Shown: positions 1-14,940, numbered from the stretch's first letter. The stretch is 64,000 nucleotides of DNA from Camelus dromedarius (GCF_036321535.1 NC_087447.1:42286001-42350000); one strand, 5' to 3'. Notes: a model not told the origin generated them from the sequence alone. Numbers and translations are program-made.

Positions 1-543
1 GAAGCAGGGACCTACAGCTTTGTTCCTGAACATTGTAAAGTAAAGCCAATTTGAGATCATATTTGAACTTTAATGAGTGGAAGAATCATCCATGGAAATT
101 TGCTAAACTATCTCAGAATAGAAGTATTTGAGTACAAAGTTATCATACTATATTGAAAAGACCTGTAGTAAAATCTCAAATTAAACAGCCTTATGCTGTA
201 TTACTTAATCAATAGCTTATAACAGCATCTCCTATCAACAGTTTCTGAAATTCTTCCAGCTCTGATCCAAAGCAAATAATTACCTTTATAATACCAATCC
301 ACAAATAATCCAGTACAAGGGGAGGGTAGGGAAGATAAGAACAAAGTATCCTTGAGGAAAAGGAGAGAAGGAAATTTAAAGGGTAGGAGAGATAATTGCA
401 AGGAAGTAACAAGTCTGTCTTTCTGTGGGGCTGTTAGGCATTCAGACGCTTTTCTGAGCAGCAGCTTAATGCTGGAGAAGCACTACTACTAAACCAAGAA
501 GGAACTGGGGGTCCCTCCCTGCAGATTAAGAACTCCTGGCCTA

Positions 544-708
<165 letters not shown>

Positions 709-1384
709 TTAAAAGAATTTTAATTACACAAGACCCCTCTAAGCATGCCCAGAGAGATTAAGCTATTGAAAAATATAGTAAATACCAAGGATATAATACA
801 AACAGAACAGAGTAACTATCAAAAAGGTACAAGAGTATGACAGCTCAGGACTGTCATGCTGAAAATTCAATGGTTTCACTTCTGTCTAGAAGAGATTGTT
901 TCTTTTTTTAAAGAGCCCCAATCTTATCAGATGTTCACAATTCATACCCCAAAATCTTGAAGTAGAACAGAGACATGGAATGACAAATAGGGTAGAAGCC
1001 AGGAGGCCTGGCACTGGTCCTGGCCAGGCCAGATGTGTTCCTGGGCAGGACCCAACCCACTGCTAAGTCTCAGGTCCACATGGTTCCCTAAGGTCTGTCC
1101 TATTGTTAAACTCTGTGTCAGCTTTCATGCTCGGCTTTTGTTTTTCCTGCTAAAAGAAAGGAGAGTGTGGAGTGAAATATGAACACAATAGGCAGAAACA
1201 GGTCTGAGGAGAAAAATGAGAACACAGAGAGAGAGCAGAGCAAGCAGGACAAAAGGCAGTAAGGGAGAGACTGGAAAACTGGTTACTGTGTGCCTAATTC
1301 AGATCAAGGGGTCAGTTCCTGCCTCCTTCCTGTCTCTGCTTCACCCCAAGTGGAACCAAGAAACAAAGAAAATTCATGTTTTAC

Positions 1385-1460
1385 CTGTTGCAAATGCCTT
1401 CCCACAGCCTGCATGCTCACACTGATAAGGCCGGTCTCCTGTGTGTGACCGCTCATGGAC
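1385..1460 (-). CDS. ZNF143: ZNF143 exon 9, 76 nt
   Basis: cag|GTCCATGAG...ACAG|gtaaaa; VHERSHTGDRPYQCEHAGCGKAFAT(G). Confidence 0.96.
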
Positions 1461-2613
1461 CTGTCATTAAAATGCAGGAGTGAGTCTATTTCCTTGAGGC
1501 ACTCCTCAGGTGGACCGTCTCCACACAGACCTCTTTTTTTTTCTTTCCCCCATTGCTGAATTATTTTGTTGTTTGTATGTTCTTTTTCAAAAACAAAAGA
1601 TAACTTTTTAAAAACTATAGCTCAATCATTCTCAATGTTGTATGTTAAGAAGTATTCATTTTAAATAAGAACAGGAATATTGGAGGTTTGAGTTTTTCTA
1701 GAGTGGTCAAAGGTGTCTGTATGGAATATGCACATGGAGAGAGCTAGGAGCAGAGCACAGGGAGAGGCTACATAATGTCCACAATGTAAGGTTAACGGTG
1801 TGGAAGGGCCTTGATCTGCGGCAAGGCTTCACCGCTGACTAGTGGTACAACCAAGGCACTTACCTCCGCTCAGCCTCAAAGTCCTCTCTGAAAAGTGGGA
1901 CATAATAGTGCCTACAGCAGAGGGCTGCTGTGACAAATGAATACTCAGGACAATCACCAACATTTACTAAATCTTTACCGCATGCCGGGCCATTGTCTCA
2001 GTACTTTACATGTACAGAATTAACTTACTTAACTCTCACAACCACTCGCTGAGGGAGGTACTTTTATCATCTAGTATTACAGATAAGGAAAATTAGGTAC
2101 TAAGAAGTCAAGTGACACGGCAGGTCACACACTGATAAGCAGTGGAGATGGGCTTGAGGCCTGCTACTCCAGATATGCTAAATGAACACTTCCTGACACA
2201 CTGGAAACTATTCAGTAAATGTTAGCTATTATTTTTACAAGTCACAGTATGTCATGTTTACCTGTATTCAAAATACCTGGTCTATATATTTGACAGACAG
2301 GACAATTAACACCAACTTTTGCTAGACTGCAGCAAATCACTGTTGACAGTGTGATTATACACACATCTCTCATATAATTACATAAACTTCACATTTGACA
2401 AAAATGTATATAAATATGTAGAGTACCTACCATGTGCCAAGTAGTGTGCTGGACACTAGCTAGACAGAGATGAAGAAAACATAGTCCACGCCTTCAAAGA
2501 GCTGACAGTTTCCAGCAACTGCATAGGCTTTTGTGTGTTTGTGTAAGAGTGTGAGCGTTTCTATCTTGATAGGTAGGGGAGAACAAAGGACTGTGAATGC
2601 TACAAGCATATTA

Positions 2614-2793
<180 letters not shown>

Positions 2794-3110
2794 CTAGATG
2801 AAGCAAAACGTATGATTTAAATTTTTTATGCAGAAATAAATCAGATGAAGTTACAGTTTTCAAAAACAAAAACAAAAACAAAACTGTAATGTGGTTTCCA
2901 GACTTGGGTCATCATTTTATGAAGATTCTATCATGCTGAGCCAGCAGGTTAATTCTGTTCCACAGCCTGCAGTCAGCACCCCTGGAAGAAGTCATAAGGA
3001 GATCCACAAGGGGGAGTACCCAGAGCTCACAGACTGATTCCCACTCTAGAAAAATGAAGCCAGGCAGCATCCACAGTATGCAGCTGTTCCTTAACATTCT
3101 CCAGGGAGAT

Positions 3111-3162
3111 ACGCACGCGTGCACACACGCGCGCACACACACACATACACAAACACGCACAC
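3111..3162. repeat. Imperfect (CA/CG)n purine-pyrimidine repeat
   Basis: ACGCACGCGTGCACACACGCGCGCACACACACACATACAC. Confidence 0.9.
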
Positions 3163-4119
3163 TCCTAAAAACAATGTAAAAATCATTTTCAATTTCAAAA
3201 GCAATGAAAAAGAGAGAGGTCATTTGAGTCACCTGTGGGAGACATTACAATCCATATTATCTTAGTCTGCACTTGCATATTAAGTAGATGATCATTTTTC
3301 TGGAACTCAACTGTCCAAGACTTTAAACAAGGGCATTGATGTCAGAGGCTTTTTAAAGATGATCATCTCTTTTAGAAATTAAAATACCATGAAAACTGAA
3401 GAATGACTTTCTACTCTATGGGCATGTGGTGACAATGCTGCCAAATCTTATCTGTACACATTGTCACACATGGCTCAAAAATCACTGTGCCAAAAGCATT
3501 TTTATATCATAAAAATTTCAAAATAATGGAGCAACGATCATCATGACTGAAGAGATACAACAGACGCTAAAGGCTGAAAGAAAAATCTGAAAAGGCATAA
3601 CAAAATGAAACAGATGATCCTAATGGCTTTTTTTCTGAAGAGCTGTTTGAATCTTTTTGGTTTCCATTAAAGAGAACTCTCTTATTTCCAAAAGAGATTC
3701 TGTCCCACCTCACCACTTGCATATCAACATGGAATTTTTGGTAAATAAAAATTTGATAAATATATTTTTAATTGCCTATTGCTTTTTATCCCCATTTAAA
3801 AAAAAATCCCCATTCTTAAGGAAATGAATATGCTTTACAGAATCTGATTCCAGTATGAGGACTAATAAACAAAAATTATTTTTACCTATATTACTAAATA
3901 TTTAAGTTTCTAAATAATGAGTGTTTCCTCCATCTTAAAGTAAACCCAGGTATTTTCAATCCTCACAAAACTATGACTGAATAGATTTAATTTATTCACA
4001 GAATAACACTTATATTAAATAAAGTGTTTTCTAGGGTAGATACATTTTAAAAACTTATTTCTTTGTGACAAGATAGCTTTCATTTTTTTTAAGATAGCTT
4101 TTAAAAATCATTCTGTTCT

Positions 4120-4484
4120 AAAGAGAAAGAAAATTCCAAATGGTATCACTTATATGTGGAATCTAAAAAAAAGACACAAATGAACTTATTTACAAAACAG
4201 AAACAAACTCACAGACACAGAAAACAAACTTATAGTTACCGGGGATAGGAAGGGATAAACTGGTTGTTCAAGATGTGCAGTACTAACTACTATTTACAAA
4301 ATAGTTTCTACTGTATAGCACAAGGAACTATATTCAACATCTTGTAGTAACCTATAATAAAAAAGAATATGAAAACGAAACGAATGTGTGTATATGTATG
4401 ACTGAAACATTATGCTGTACACCAGAAATTGACACAACACTGTACACTGACTATACTTCAATTTACAAAAAAAAAACCCTGAAA
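4120..4484 (+). mobile_element. Young L1 3' end
   Basis: TCACTTATATGTGGAATCTAAAAAA...ACTTCAATT-poly(A); TSD AAAAATCATTCT(G/A)TTCT at 4103-4119 and 4485-4501. Confidence 0.88.
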
Positions 4485-6903
4485 AAAAATCATTCTATTC
4501 TTTTGGAATATAGCTATCTAAACTCTGGGAATGGTCAGGTCCTCACCATGCTGAGAAATGATCTACTATAGCAGTACACGTTTAAATGTTGGAGTGTGGG
4601 GAGTGGGGGCTGTGGAGGAATTCCCAAGGCCAGGACAAGGCTGGGAGGACAGAGAGGCCCTGTATTAGATGATGACAGTATAGAGGACAGTGGTTCAGTA
4701 TGCCCAACATGGACACGGATGACTATACAGAGTCTGCCTTAGGCTCTTCCTTGTAACCATTAAATCATTTAAAAAACAAGTAGTGGATCTTGATGTAATT
4801 GCTAAATTATAAGCTAGTAATTATCCATGCTCATGTACTGCAGTGTATTCCCTTAAATGTTGCAGATCATAATTTTCTGAATAAAAGTAGACCTATGTTG
4901 TTAAAACATTTAGAAAAAATGGAGGCACAATTCCCAATGGCTTACAGATTGAAAAGTATCTTTACAAAAAAATGATACAGTTCTACATTTTCTCTGCCTA
5001 GGAAATTCCATCCCCCTACCAATAAGAGGCCTGTTCTCATCATTCCAAACAGAGCTGATTCTTCAATTCCTCAGCATATCTGTAATAATTTAGCTTACAT
5101 CACAGGCAGGGAATTTGACCCCACTGTCTTATTTTAAAGATAATTGTATTTCCTTCTCTTCTCTATTAGTGTAACAGCTCCTTGAAGTCAAAGCCTATGT
5201 CATATATGCCTTCATATCTCACAGTGCTGGGTAAAAGGATTTATACCACCAAATATATGAACAGAATTGAAAGGAACTAAATGTCTCACTTATGGTGTTA
5301 AAAAAGGTCTAAAATTAAGATTGTTGTGATCATTGTTCAACTCTGTGAATTTAGTAAACCCACTGAGTTGCACACTTTCAATGGGTAAATTTTTATAGTA
5401 TGTGAAATATATCTTAATTATAAGAAAAGGAAATAAACAGTTGGAATAAGAAAGTTTATCTCCAAGAACCAGAAGAGCCTCTATGAATCCTTTAAAAATT
5501 AACTACTATTTTTAAACTTCACTAGTAATTTTTCTGACAATAACATTAATACATATACATTGGAGGAATTTGGCTATCACAGCAAAGAGTCCAAAGAAAA
5601 AGTTCAAGTGAACTATAATTCCATCATCTAAAGAAAACTACTGTTAACATCTTGGTGTGTTTCCATTTAGTACTTTTTAAATGTACATATATTAGTGTGT
5701 ATTTTTATCTTAGTAGCACTGGAATTACACTTTACACTAGTTCTAAAGGCAGAAATAAACTGAAAATGAGACTCCAAATGACAAGAAAAGAGTCCTTCTT
5801 GCTGTTTCCTCCTCTTCCTCTCTAAAAGCACCAGGGAAGTGAGTGTGCTTATCATCTCCCAGGTCCAACAGATTAAGTCCCACAGCTCACACCTTCAGAC
5901 CAGGCTGGAGAGGCCCACATCTGAATCTTTTCTGTTGTTCCCTCCTAGGCCAATTTATCAGAAAGCTTTAATTCTGGCACAAAATAGACATTAGGAGTTT
6001 GGCACCTAATTTAATTAAGCTAAAACAATAAAGTAGACTGAATTCATAACCTGTGATGAGGACTGAAAATGTTTTCCAAAAACATGCTTGTTTCTGCTCC
6101 CATTCTAATGTCTGCATTGTATGCTTCAAGAGCTCCGGGTAGTGGGTGACATGGGGGGCAGAAGCTCCGGTTTAGGAAGAACTCTTGAGGCCTCTGAGTG
6201 CATGCCAGCACGGGGGAAGGGAGGGTGGTAACAACAGAATTTCTTCTCTCTAAACCAGCTGACGTCACTAGCATTTGATACATTATGAGCATTATTAGTG
6301 AGGGGTATTTGCAACAGAACTATTTCCACTAGTAGCTCTAATTATCCAAAACAGACCTGGCTTAAAGGCATCCTCACAAAGTATAGTAGAATGAGTAGCT
6401 ACAGCAACACCAAACCAGCAAAATGAAACTTTTAAAAGAAAACCAATGAAACAGTAATGCCCAACAGCATACAACATTTGGAAAAATCTCCAAATAGCCA
6501 AGGGAGACAGTCAAAAAACCTCTCTGGCTTTCATCTCCGTACATAGAATGTTTGAATGGGATGGGATTCTCTCCCCTTTTACTGGAAATGTTTCCTTGTA
6601 AAACCCTTTATGTCTCAATCTCAGTTAACATTTATCTTCTTAATTCTTGAATAAATTGTTTTATTCTACTTGGAATCTGCTTTGTGTCTACCACCTTCCT
6701 CTTATCTTATTTCCAAACTAACTTCCCTTTCCACCCACCCCCAACTCCTCCATGGCAGAAATTCTGAAATAATAAATGTCTGACAAATGACTGGTTAAGT
6801 ACCTACTTCATACAATGATAAATAAGATACGGTCCCTGCCTTAGTAGGGCTCTCTCTCATTCTAGCTAGTGAAATTGTCCTATAAATGAATATACTAATT
6901 GCA

Positions 6904-7065
6904 GGGAGAGCGTATAGCTCAGTGGTAGAGCGCATGCTTAGCATGCACGAGGTCCTGGGTTTAATCCCCAGTACCTTCATTAAAATAAATAATAAATAAG
7001 TATATAAATAAACCTAATTACCTCCCTCCCCCCCAAAAAAACCCCAAAATAAATAAATTTAAAAA
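6904..7065 (+). mobile_element. tRNA-Ala-derived SINE (Vic-1-like)
   Basis: TATAGCTCAGTGGTAGAGCGCATGCTTAGCATGCACGAGGTCCTGGG head, then AATAAA/AAACCTAATTACC tail. Confidence 0.9.
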
Positions 7066-8804
7066 TATGTAATTGCTATCACAGCAGTCTATGCAAAGTT
7101 CTATGGGGACTAAATTAAAAAGTGGGGAGAGCTGAAGGTTAGTAGGGCAAGCTGTGCAGAGGTAAAACTTGGAGGCTGAAAAAGAGGGGAAGGGAGAACA
7201 GTCCAGGAAGAAGGAACAGCATGACCAAAAGTATGGAAGTGTGTCTGGAAGAAATGGAAACTTAATGAGCATTATGTCCGTATAACAGAATAAATACCAC
7301 AAAAAAGAAAGGGAAGTTTAGGACGACATTTGGGAAGTTTTAGGTGCCATTCTGAGGTGCAACCTAGATAACAAAAATAAAAGGCAGGCATGAAAAAATT
7401 TTAATTAAGGGATTGGCCAAGATCAGCTCGGTGCTTCAGAAAGAAAATTCCAGTAATGGGTGTGGAACAAAGTGAAAGACAACAGAGGCAAGAAGACTAA
7501 AAGAAGTTTGTATAATCATAAATATGGAGGGAAGAAGTGATGAAAAACAGCCTGGAACAATGACTAATGGAAAAGAAAGCAATAGATGATTCTGCAGATA
7601 TTTTATGGGCAAAATGGACAGAATCCAAAATTCAAAAGCTAAACTAATAAGCTAAAGCTATAACAGGTATTTAAGTATCAGATATATGTACTCCTTGTCA
7701 AAAGAAAAACAACCTGATATATTATCATAAGGGAAATGTCTCAAGAGCCATTTAGAAGCTATCGGTGAAATACTAATTAGCTTCTAAAACCATTTACAGA
7801 AAATCACTTCATTACTATTTATACTTAATGTATTTTCTGAGAATTAAGAGATAACCTTAGCTCTGCCAAAAATTCACTATGTGACCTTGTGCAACTCATG
7901 CAGGGCCTATTTACCTGTCTCAGTAAAGAACATATTATATGAAATCAGTGGTAATTTTTCTTTTTTAAACTTTTTTTAAGGAGTCAAAATCCTTCGCTGG
8001 ATGAAATCTTACACAGCATTCTACTGTGTAAAACAGATAACGGCATTCTTACTGCTGCTGGCCCAGGCAGGTGTGGCTGGCTCAGCTTTGCTAGTCCCTG
8101 AAGGACCTCAAAGAAACCCTATGACCCCCATAAAATTAGAGTTTAAAAACGACTGTACAATATAGATAATATCAAGTCCCTTCTAGCTTTAACATTCTAG
8201 GATTCTGAGGAGGTGAGAATCCCAGTGGTAAATAGAGGGCTGGGTCTAAGACTGAATTTTATAGTAACTTCAGTAATAAAGGGGTTAAATACCACTTATT
8301 GAGGAGTTGTATTTATATGATACACTGTGATGGGTGCTTTGTATGTGCTCTTACTGGTCCTCCATGACTACCCAGTGGATTAAATATTACCTATGATTTA
8401 CAAATAAGACAATGAGGCTTGTAGTGGTTAAGTAATGTAACTTGTCCATGGTCAGACTGGGAAGTAGGACTTAAAGGAGACTGGCTCTAGAGCTCAGGCT
8501 ATTAGCCCAACAGGATTCATGATGCTGCAGCCCAGTAGAACTAACTGGCAGAGCTTCTGTAGCAACAGAGAGACCTGACAGGGCTGAGGATAACTGGAGC
8601 ATTTTGCTGCCTGGTTCGGGACATAAATTCTATTTATGATAATAGCCAAATGCACATGGCAGATATAACTTCGGTTATTTGATGGATATAAACTTGTATA
8701 TTAGGATGTAAACAATTTACATTCTTTGGAGAGGATAAAATGAAAGCAACTTGAATTATATTTAAAAGTATGTTCTCTTTCAAGAAAGGAATTACAGAAG
8801 TGTG

Positions 8805-9375
8805 GCAAAACAACTTAAATGTCCATCGACAGGTGACTGGATAAAGAAGTTGTGGTGTGTGTGTATATACATATATATATGTATATGTATATTCATACAC
8901 ACATACACACACTGGAATACTATTCAGCCATAAAAAAGAATAAAATAATGCCATTTGCTGCATCATGGATGGACCTGGAGATCATCATTCTAAGTGAAGT
9001 AAGCCACAAAGAGAAAGAAAAATACCGTATCATACCATTTTTATGTGGAATCTAAAAAAAGACACAAATGAACTTATTTACAAATAGAAACAGACTCACA
9101 GACATAGAAAACAAACTTATGGTTACCCAGGAGGGAAGGGGATGGGAAGGGACAAATTGAGAGTCGGAGATTTACAGATACTAACTATATACATAAAACA
9201 GTTAAATAGCAAGTTTATACTGTATAGCACAGGGAACTATATTCATTATCTTGTAGTAACCTATAATGAAAAAGAATATGAAATGAAATACATATGTATA
9301 TGTATGACTGAAACATGCTGTACACCAGAAATTGACACAACATTGTAAACTGACTCTACTTCAATTTTTAAAAAA
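8805..9375 (+). mobile_element. L1 3' end, same subfamily as 4120-4484, with internal TG/TA/CA microsatellite
   Basis: AAATGTCCATC...GGAATACTATTCAGCCATAAAAAAGAA...ACACCAGAAATTGACACAAC shared with other copies. Confidence 0.88.
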
Positions 9376-10559
9376 GGATAAAAGGGGAAGGGATGTACTA
9401 CAGGTTAAGAGAAATTTGAGAAATATATTTTTTTAAAAACCTCATAAAAACCTGCTACCAAAGAACTAATTTGCTTCTATACTAATTGTTTAAAAGGAGA
9501 TTGGGTTTTTTTTTTATTTGAGGATTAAAAAAAAAGTCATTCTTCAAAAAAAATGGAGGGCGGCAACAGAAGGACCTTAGGGAACCATGGGACATGTCAG
9601 CATTGCCAGGAAGACTTTAAAGAACAAAAAAAAACCCACCACACATTTCTTAAATGATGATTACTGGGTAGTGGTGCAGATAATCACTGCACTTTTTATT
9701 TTTCTCTCTCTTTACCATTTGGATTTTCTAAATATAAACACGATTATCTTTTTATTTAAGTATACAATAGCTATTTGTATAGTAAGATAATTGATCATTT
9801 GGGTTTTTTCCTTTGTACTTCTCTAAATTAAAAAAAAAAAAACCCAAACACTAAAAATGTTACTTTAAAAAAATTCTCAGTTCCATCCCAGATCTACTGA
9901 TCAAACCTCTGGAAGCTGGTCTTGGTCATGGATTACTTTTCAACAGCTCCACAGCTCAACCTCATGTTAGCCTTTGACTAATAACCACGGATTCAATATC
10001 TTTCTTTTAGGGGTGAGAAAAAAAAGAGCTTTAGAAAAGCAAGGTTCGCTTGCTCAAGATCACACAGCTAGATAAAAGTACAGCAAATATATATATGAAA
10101 TATGATCCACATTCAAACTGTCTCTACCAAACAGGCTTTGGGGTAATTATCCAACCCATGTTCTGGGAAAATCTGCCACCCTAGCCATAAACCCTGTTAA
10201 TCAGAGAAGATGGCATATCTTGAGGCTGGCCAGTGACCTATACCTTACATGGTCTGGCTTAAAAAAAATCAAGCTGAGTCCAGAGAGTCTCCTTTCCTGA
10301 AACCTAAGAATTTGACCTAAGAAATAAAGGGAAATCTTGAGTTGCTTGTGGATGTTAAACCTGAGAAAGCATGACTGTGATGAACCAAATGCAAACTCAA
10401 TGAAGACACAGAAGAAGCCTGCTTGCAGAGAAAAGAAGGGAACAGAGGTGCCACGGAAAAAGACGGAAGAAAAGGGAGTGAGATCAGCCTCCAGTCCTGA
10501 CTCCTTTGCAATGCTGGTTCCTGTGAAGCCCAGCTGCTCAGCAGCTCCTGCTCTTAGTT

Positions 10560-10704
10560 CCTTTTTATTTATTTATTTTTGTTGGGGGGGGGAGGTAATT
10601 AGGTTTATTTATTTACTTATTTATTTTAACAGAGGTACTGGGGATTGAACCCAGGACCTTGTGCATGCTAAGCACATACTCTATCACTGAGCTATACCCA
10701 CATC
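10560..10704 (-). mobile_element. tRNA-Ala-derived SINE
   Basis: 13-bp TSD CCTGCTCTTAGTT at 10547-10559 and 10705-10717. Confidence 0.92.
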
Positions 10705-11318
10705 CCTGCTCTTAGTTTCTTGTACAACGTATCTCTTTTTTCTTGAGCAAGCCTGACTAGCTTTCTGTCTTATCCAACTATTACAGCTCTGATTAAAACT
10801 GCCAAGCCAAAGGACTCTGATCTCCAATGCAAATAAAATTAGTTTTAAATGAAGTCAAAACTAATGGAAACCACAAAAAAGGGCCTGGGATTCTAACAGA
10901 ACACATAAAGAATCGACAGTGCTGCATAATGTAATGCTTGCAGAGTTACAAATTATGTTCTCATATATTACCTAAAATATTAATCGAATGAAACTCTCAC
11001 TTGGTTTTCATAATCCCACGAGATGAATAAAGCAAAGATGATTATTATTCTCATTTAGCTGATAAAAAAATTCTCAGATCCAGAGAAGTTAGGTAATTTG
11101 CTCAGTCACAAAGCTACTACATAGTAGAATGGAAACTTAACTCAGATTTGTTTTATTACGGATTACCACTTTAACACCATACTGTTTTCTGCTTAACTAG
11201 GGTGGTGCAGCATGAGAGCAATGTCAGTAGTCATAGTCTCCCCAAAACACACTCATTCCATCATCCTTACAGTTCTTACAACTGAACACCTGGGCATCTT
11301 AAACAGAGTACTTTAGAT

Positions 11319-11510
11319 GAGTGTTTTCAAATTCATTACTACTGACATTCTGAATAATTCTTTGGGGGCAGGGGGTGTGGAGGTGGTGGTGTCCTATGCC
11401 TTGAAGGACATCTACCTGGTAGATGCCCCCAACTGTGACAACCAAAATTGTCTCCAGACACTACCAAATGTCCCTTACAGGGCAAAACTGTCTTCCCATG
11501 AGCACAGATG
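11319..11510 (-). mobile_element. MER20-like hAT DNA transposon fossil
   Basis: TGTGACAACCAAAATTGTCTCCAGACACTACCAAATGTCCC resembles the recalled MER20 consensus. Confidence 0.75.
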
Positions 11511-11894
11511 CTCTAGGTCTTTCTTGTGAAATCTGGTTTCAAGTAAGAGATCAGCTCAGCAGCACAACTAATATGTTATGTTACAGATGAAAGAAAGAGC
11601 TCTAAACTCTCTCACAATGAAAAAAATCTAAAGCTTAGAAGACTGCAAAAAAAATCTATTGCATTACCTACAGACCTCTTTAAAGTTCAGCCAGGCACAG
11701 AGTTACAAGTTCTTAAGCAACTCCGGCAGAAGTAGGAGGAACACCGAAAGACAAGCCATGAAGTTACAGGTGCTGCTTATTTGCAGTGGTTCTTCGGGGA
11801 TATTTTGACCTTTTAATATCATGTACTGGGCCCTCAACTTCGACTATGGTACTCAATCGTATTAGAGGATGGAAGATTCAGGAACTTCTGGTCC

Positions 11895-12216
11895 AGCACT
11901 TAATGAAGAGAAGTATGAGTCACAAATGCAAGCCACACATATAATTTAAAATGTTCTAGTAACTACATTTAAAAAGTAAAAATAAACAGGTGAAATTAAT
12001 CTTAGCGATTATTTTATTTTACCCAATATGTCCAAAATATTATCACTTCAACATGTAATCAATAGGAAACATTAGTAATAAGATATTTTAATTCTTTTTT
12101 TCATTATAAGTCTTTGAAATCCAGTGTTTATCTTACTAACAGCACATGTCAATTCTGACTAGCCACCCTTCTAAGTGCTCAGTAGCCACATGTGGCTAGC
12201 ATCTTGGACAGCGCAG
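11895..12216. mobile_element. MER33-like hAT-Charlie DNA transposon fossil
   Basis: AAACAGGTGAAATTAAT...CAAAATATTATC...AGTAGCCACATGTGGCTAG...TTGGACAGCGCAG. Confidence 0.75.
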
Positions 12217-12652
12217 ATCTATTCTGTAAGGGAGAAGTACAAAGGGCAAAGGAGAAAAAGCTACAGTCAAAACAAAAATCCTATTCAACTTTCTTCTCTT
12301 TCTTTGTCTATTGGAACAAACACTAAATGGGCATATGTCTGCAGATAAAGAGTAATGGGGCTTTTTATGACATTTTGTTTCAGCGGTTCTGAATTCCTAG
12401 TACATTTCTGGGTTCAGAAATTCATTATTGATGGTAACAGAATTTTATGAAAATAGTATATTATAATGTTAAATGGCCCAATGGTAAATTCACTCATTTT
12501 TTGGTAAGATCTATTCTATATTAGTTTATTACAAGTGTTGTTACAACCATCTTTCTTTAAAAATATTCTATTACTTAAAAATCTAATTGTTAGTCGCTAA
12601 TAAGAGAACTCTATTGGGCCACTCCAAGGCACTGACCTACATCTCTTGTGTG

Positions 12653-12787
12653 GTTTGTTTGTTTGGGGGGGGGGGATTTTTATTTTTATTTTCATTTTTA
12701 TTTTTATTTTTATTTTATGGAGGTACTGGGGATTAAACCCAGGACCTTGTGCAACCATGTACTCTCCACTGAACTACACCCTCCCCC
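12653..12787 (-). mobile_element. tRNA-Ala-derived SINE with (TTTTTA)n tail
   Basis: GGAGGTACTGGGGATTAAACCCAGGACC on +; flanking CTCTTGT duplication. Confidence 0.88.
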
Positions 12788-14060
12788 TCTTGTATATATT
12801 TACACTGTGTTTGCATTTTAGTAAACTCTGACTTAGATCTGATTTGACATACTGCAGTATAAAAAAATATTAAAGTCTCATTTTATGAATTCAAAGATAT
12901 GAAAAATTTTCCAAGAATCACACAGTTTCAAAACTGATGGGCTTAGTGAATTACAAACTGGTTTATATTACTGCCACTTAACAGCATCTCTTCAGATGGT
13001 AAACAGAAATACTGGCTCTTCAGCAATGTTTAAAAGCATCATATTTTTACCAGTGATTTCAGTGACTCCTGTTATTTTATTACGTAGTTATTATAAATGT
13101 AAAATCTTCCTGATAACCCCCTACTACTCAAAGGCATTAGGTAATGATGCTAATGCTCAAGTTAAGAAGTGTAGCCCTGAAGCAATGACATTAGAATAGG
13201 AGTTAAACATGAGAAAACTTGGAATAATGCAAAAAACTACTCTGAGGGAGCAGTCAGCAAAATATTAGAGATAACTGCTGAGAAAAAAAGGTGGATCATT
13301 AAAGCAAGAATATACTACGATGATTATATAAGCTCCAAGAACACCCACACACACAAACACGAAGACACATAATTCAAAATAGAACCTTGAATTTTGACTT
13401 GCAGATCTCCTAAAATGTATCTGTGACTACTTTGTACTTAACTACAAGACTTGGAGAGGCACTGCTGCTTCAGGCTATTATTGGGTAAGTGGGTAGCCAA
13501 TGACTGGACCCAGGGTGAGCATCTGAATCAAGGGAAGCCAACCTCTGGCCATCTGCATCCCAGGAAGCAGTCCAGTACAAAAAGTAGAAACAGCTTTGCC
13601 CAGGAGGAACAATGAGAATTAGCTAGGCTGGACCTTCTCTCTGAAAGTTGCAAAGCAAAGTATGGAGGGAATCAGTTGTAAACAGAAGAAACAAAAAGCA
13701 TAGAAAGCAAAGTAGTGAGGGTTAGTCAGTCACAGTAAAGGTGAAATCCTAGAAAAAGAATCCACAAACTGCCATGGGTGGGACAGACAGAAGATCACCT
13801 GATCTTCAAAACTGCCTTGGATTCCAGAACACGAGCTTCCTTTCTGTGATATTTCTATTTCTTTAGTGCACTTGCATCTATGTATTGAATTCTGAGCCCT
13901 GACGTAGTTTGAGAAAGCTACTGCCTAAAGCATGCACTGCTTTTCTGAATTAGTAACATTCTCTTAGAGAGGTGAGTTCACTATTCTTGCTTTCATCCAC
14001 GGAAAGACCTAGAAATGCTAAGAGAAAGAGATTTTTATATAAAATAGTAATCTTACATAC

Positions 14061-14135
14061 CTGCATTTTTTTCTCTTGCTCATTTTCTCCAATCATTCCA
14101 GAACCTGTTACACTTTCACTTCCATCAATGGACAC
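14061..14135 (-). CDS. ZNF143: ZNF143 exon 7, 75 nt
   Basis: cag|GTGTCC...ATGCAG|gtatgt; [25 protein letters not shown]. Confidence 0.96.
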
Positions 14136-14643
14136 CTGTAAGAATAAAATGAAGCTTAGAAAAGTTTTACATACTCATAATTGTTTCTGCTGGAGATAAG
14201 TACATGGGGATTCATTATAATTTATTTTTGCGTATATTTGAAAATTTCCATTATAAAGTTTTGGGAAACCTTTTAAATTATATAAACAATATAATTTCAA
14301 TGCAGGGAAACACAAAGCTCTTTTGATGTAAAACGTAATTGAGACTTTCCTTCACCTTTTCCAATCTCTAATTCTACTTCTTAATTGATAAGCAGTTCCA
14401 GCTATACCTCATTATTACGGCACTTCTCCTTGAATGTAACTTTTTGTGAGTTACCTGCCACCCATTTCTCTTCTATAAGCTCTTACTCCATTCTCTTATT
14501 TTTCTTCAAATATTTCTTTCTACTGTTCACTTCTTTTAAGATAAGTGCTGGTCTTCTTGATGCTGTCCAATTTTTACTTTGAATTTCTAATGTCTTATTT
14601 TTTGTTTTCCTTTCTTTTAATGAAAGATCTGGGATGTTCTTCA

Positions 14644-14940
<297 letters not shown>

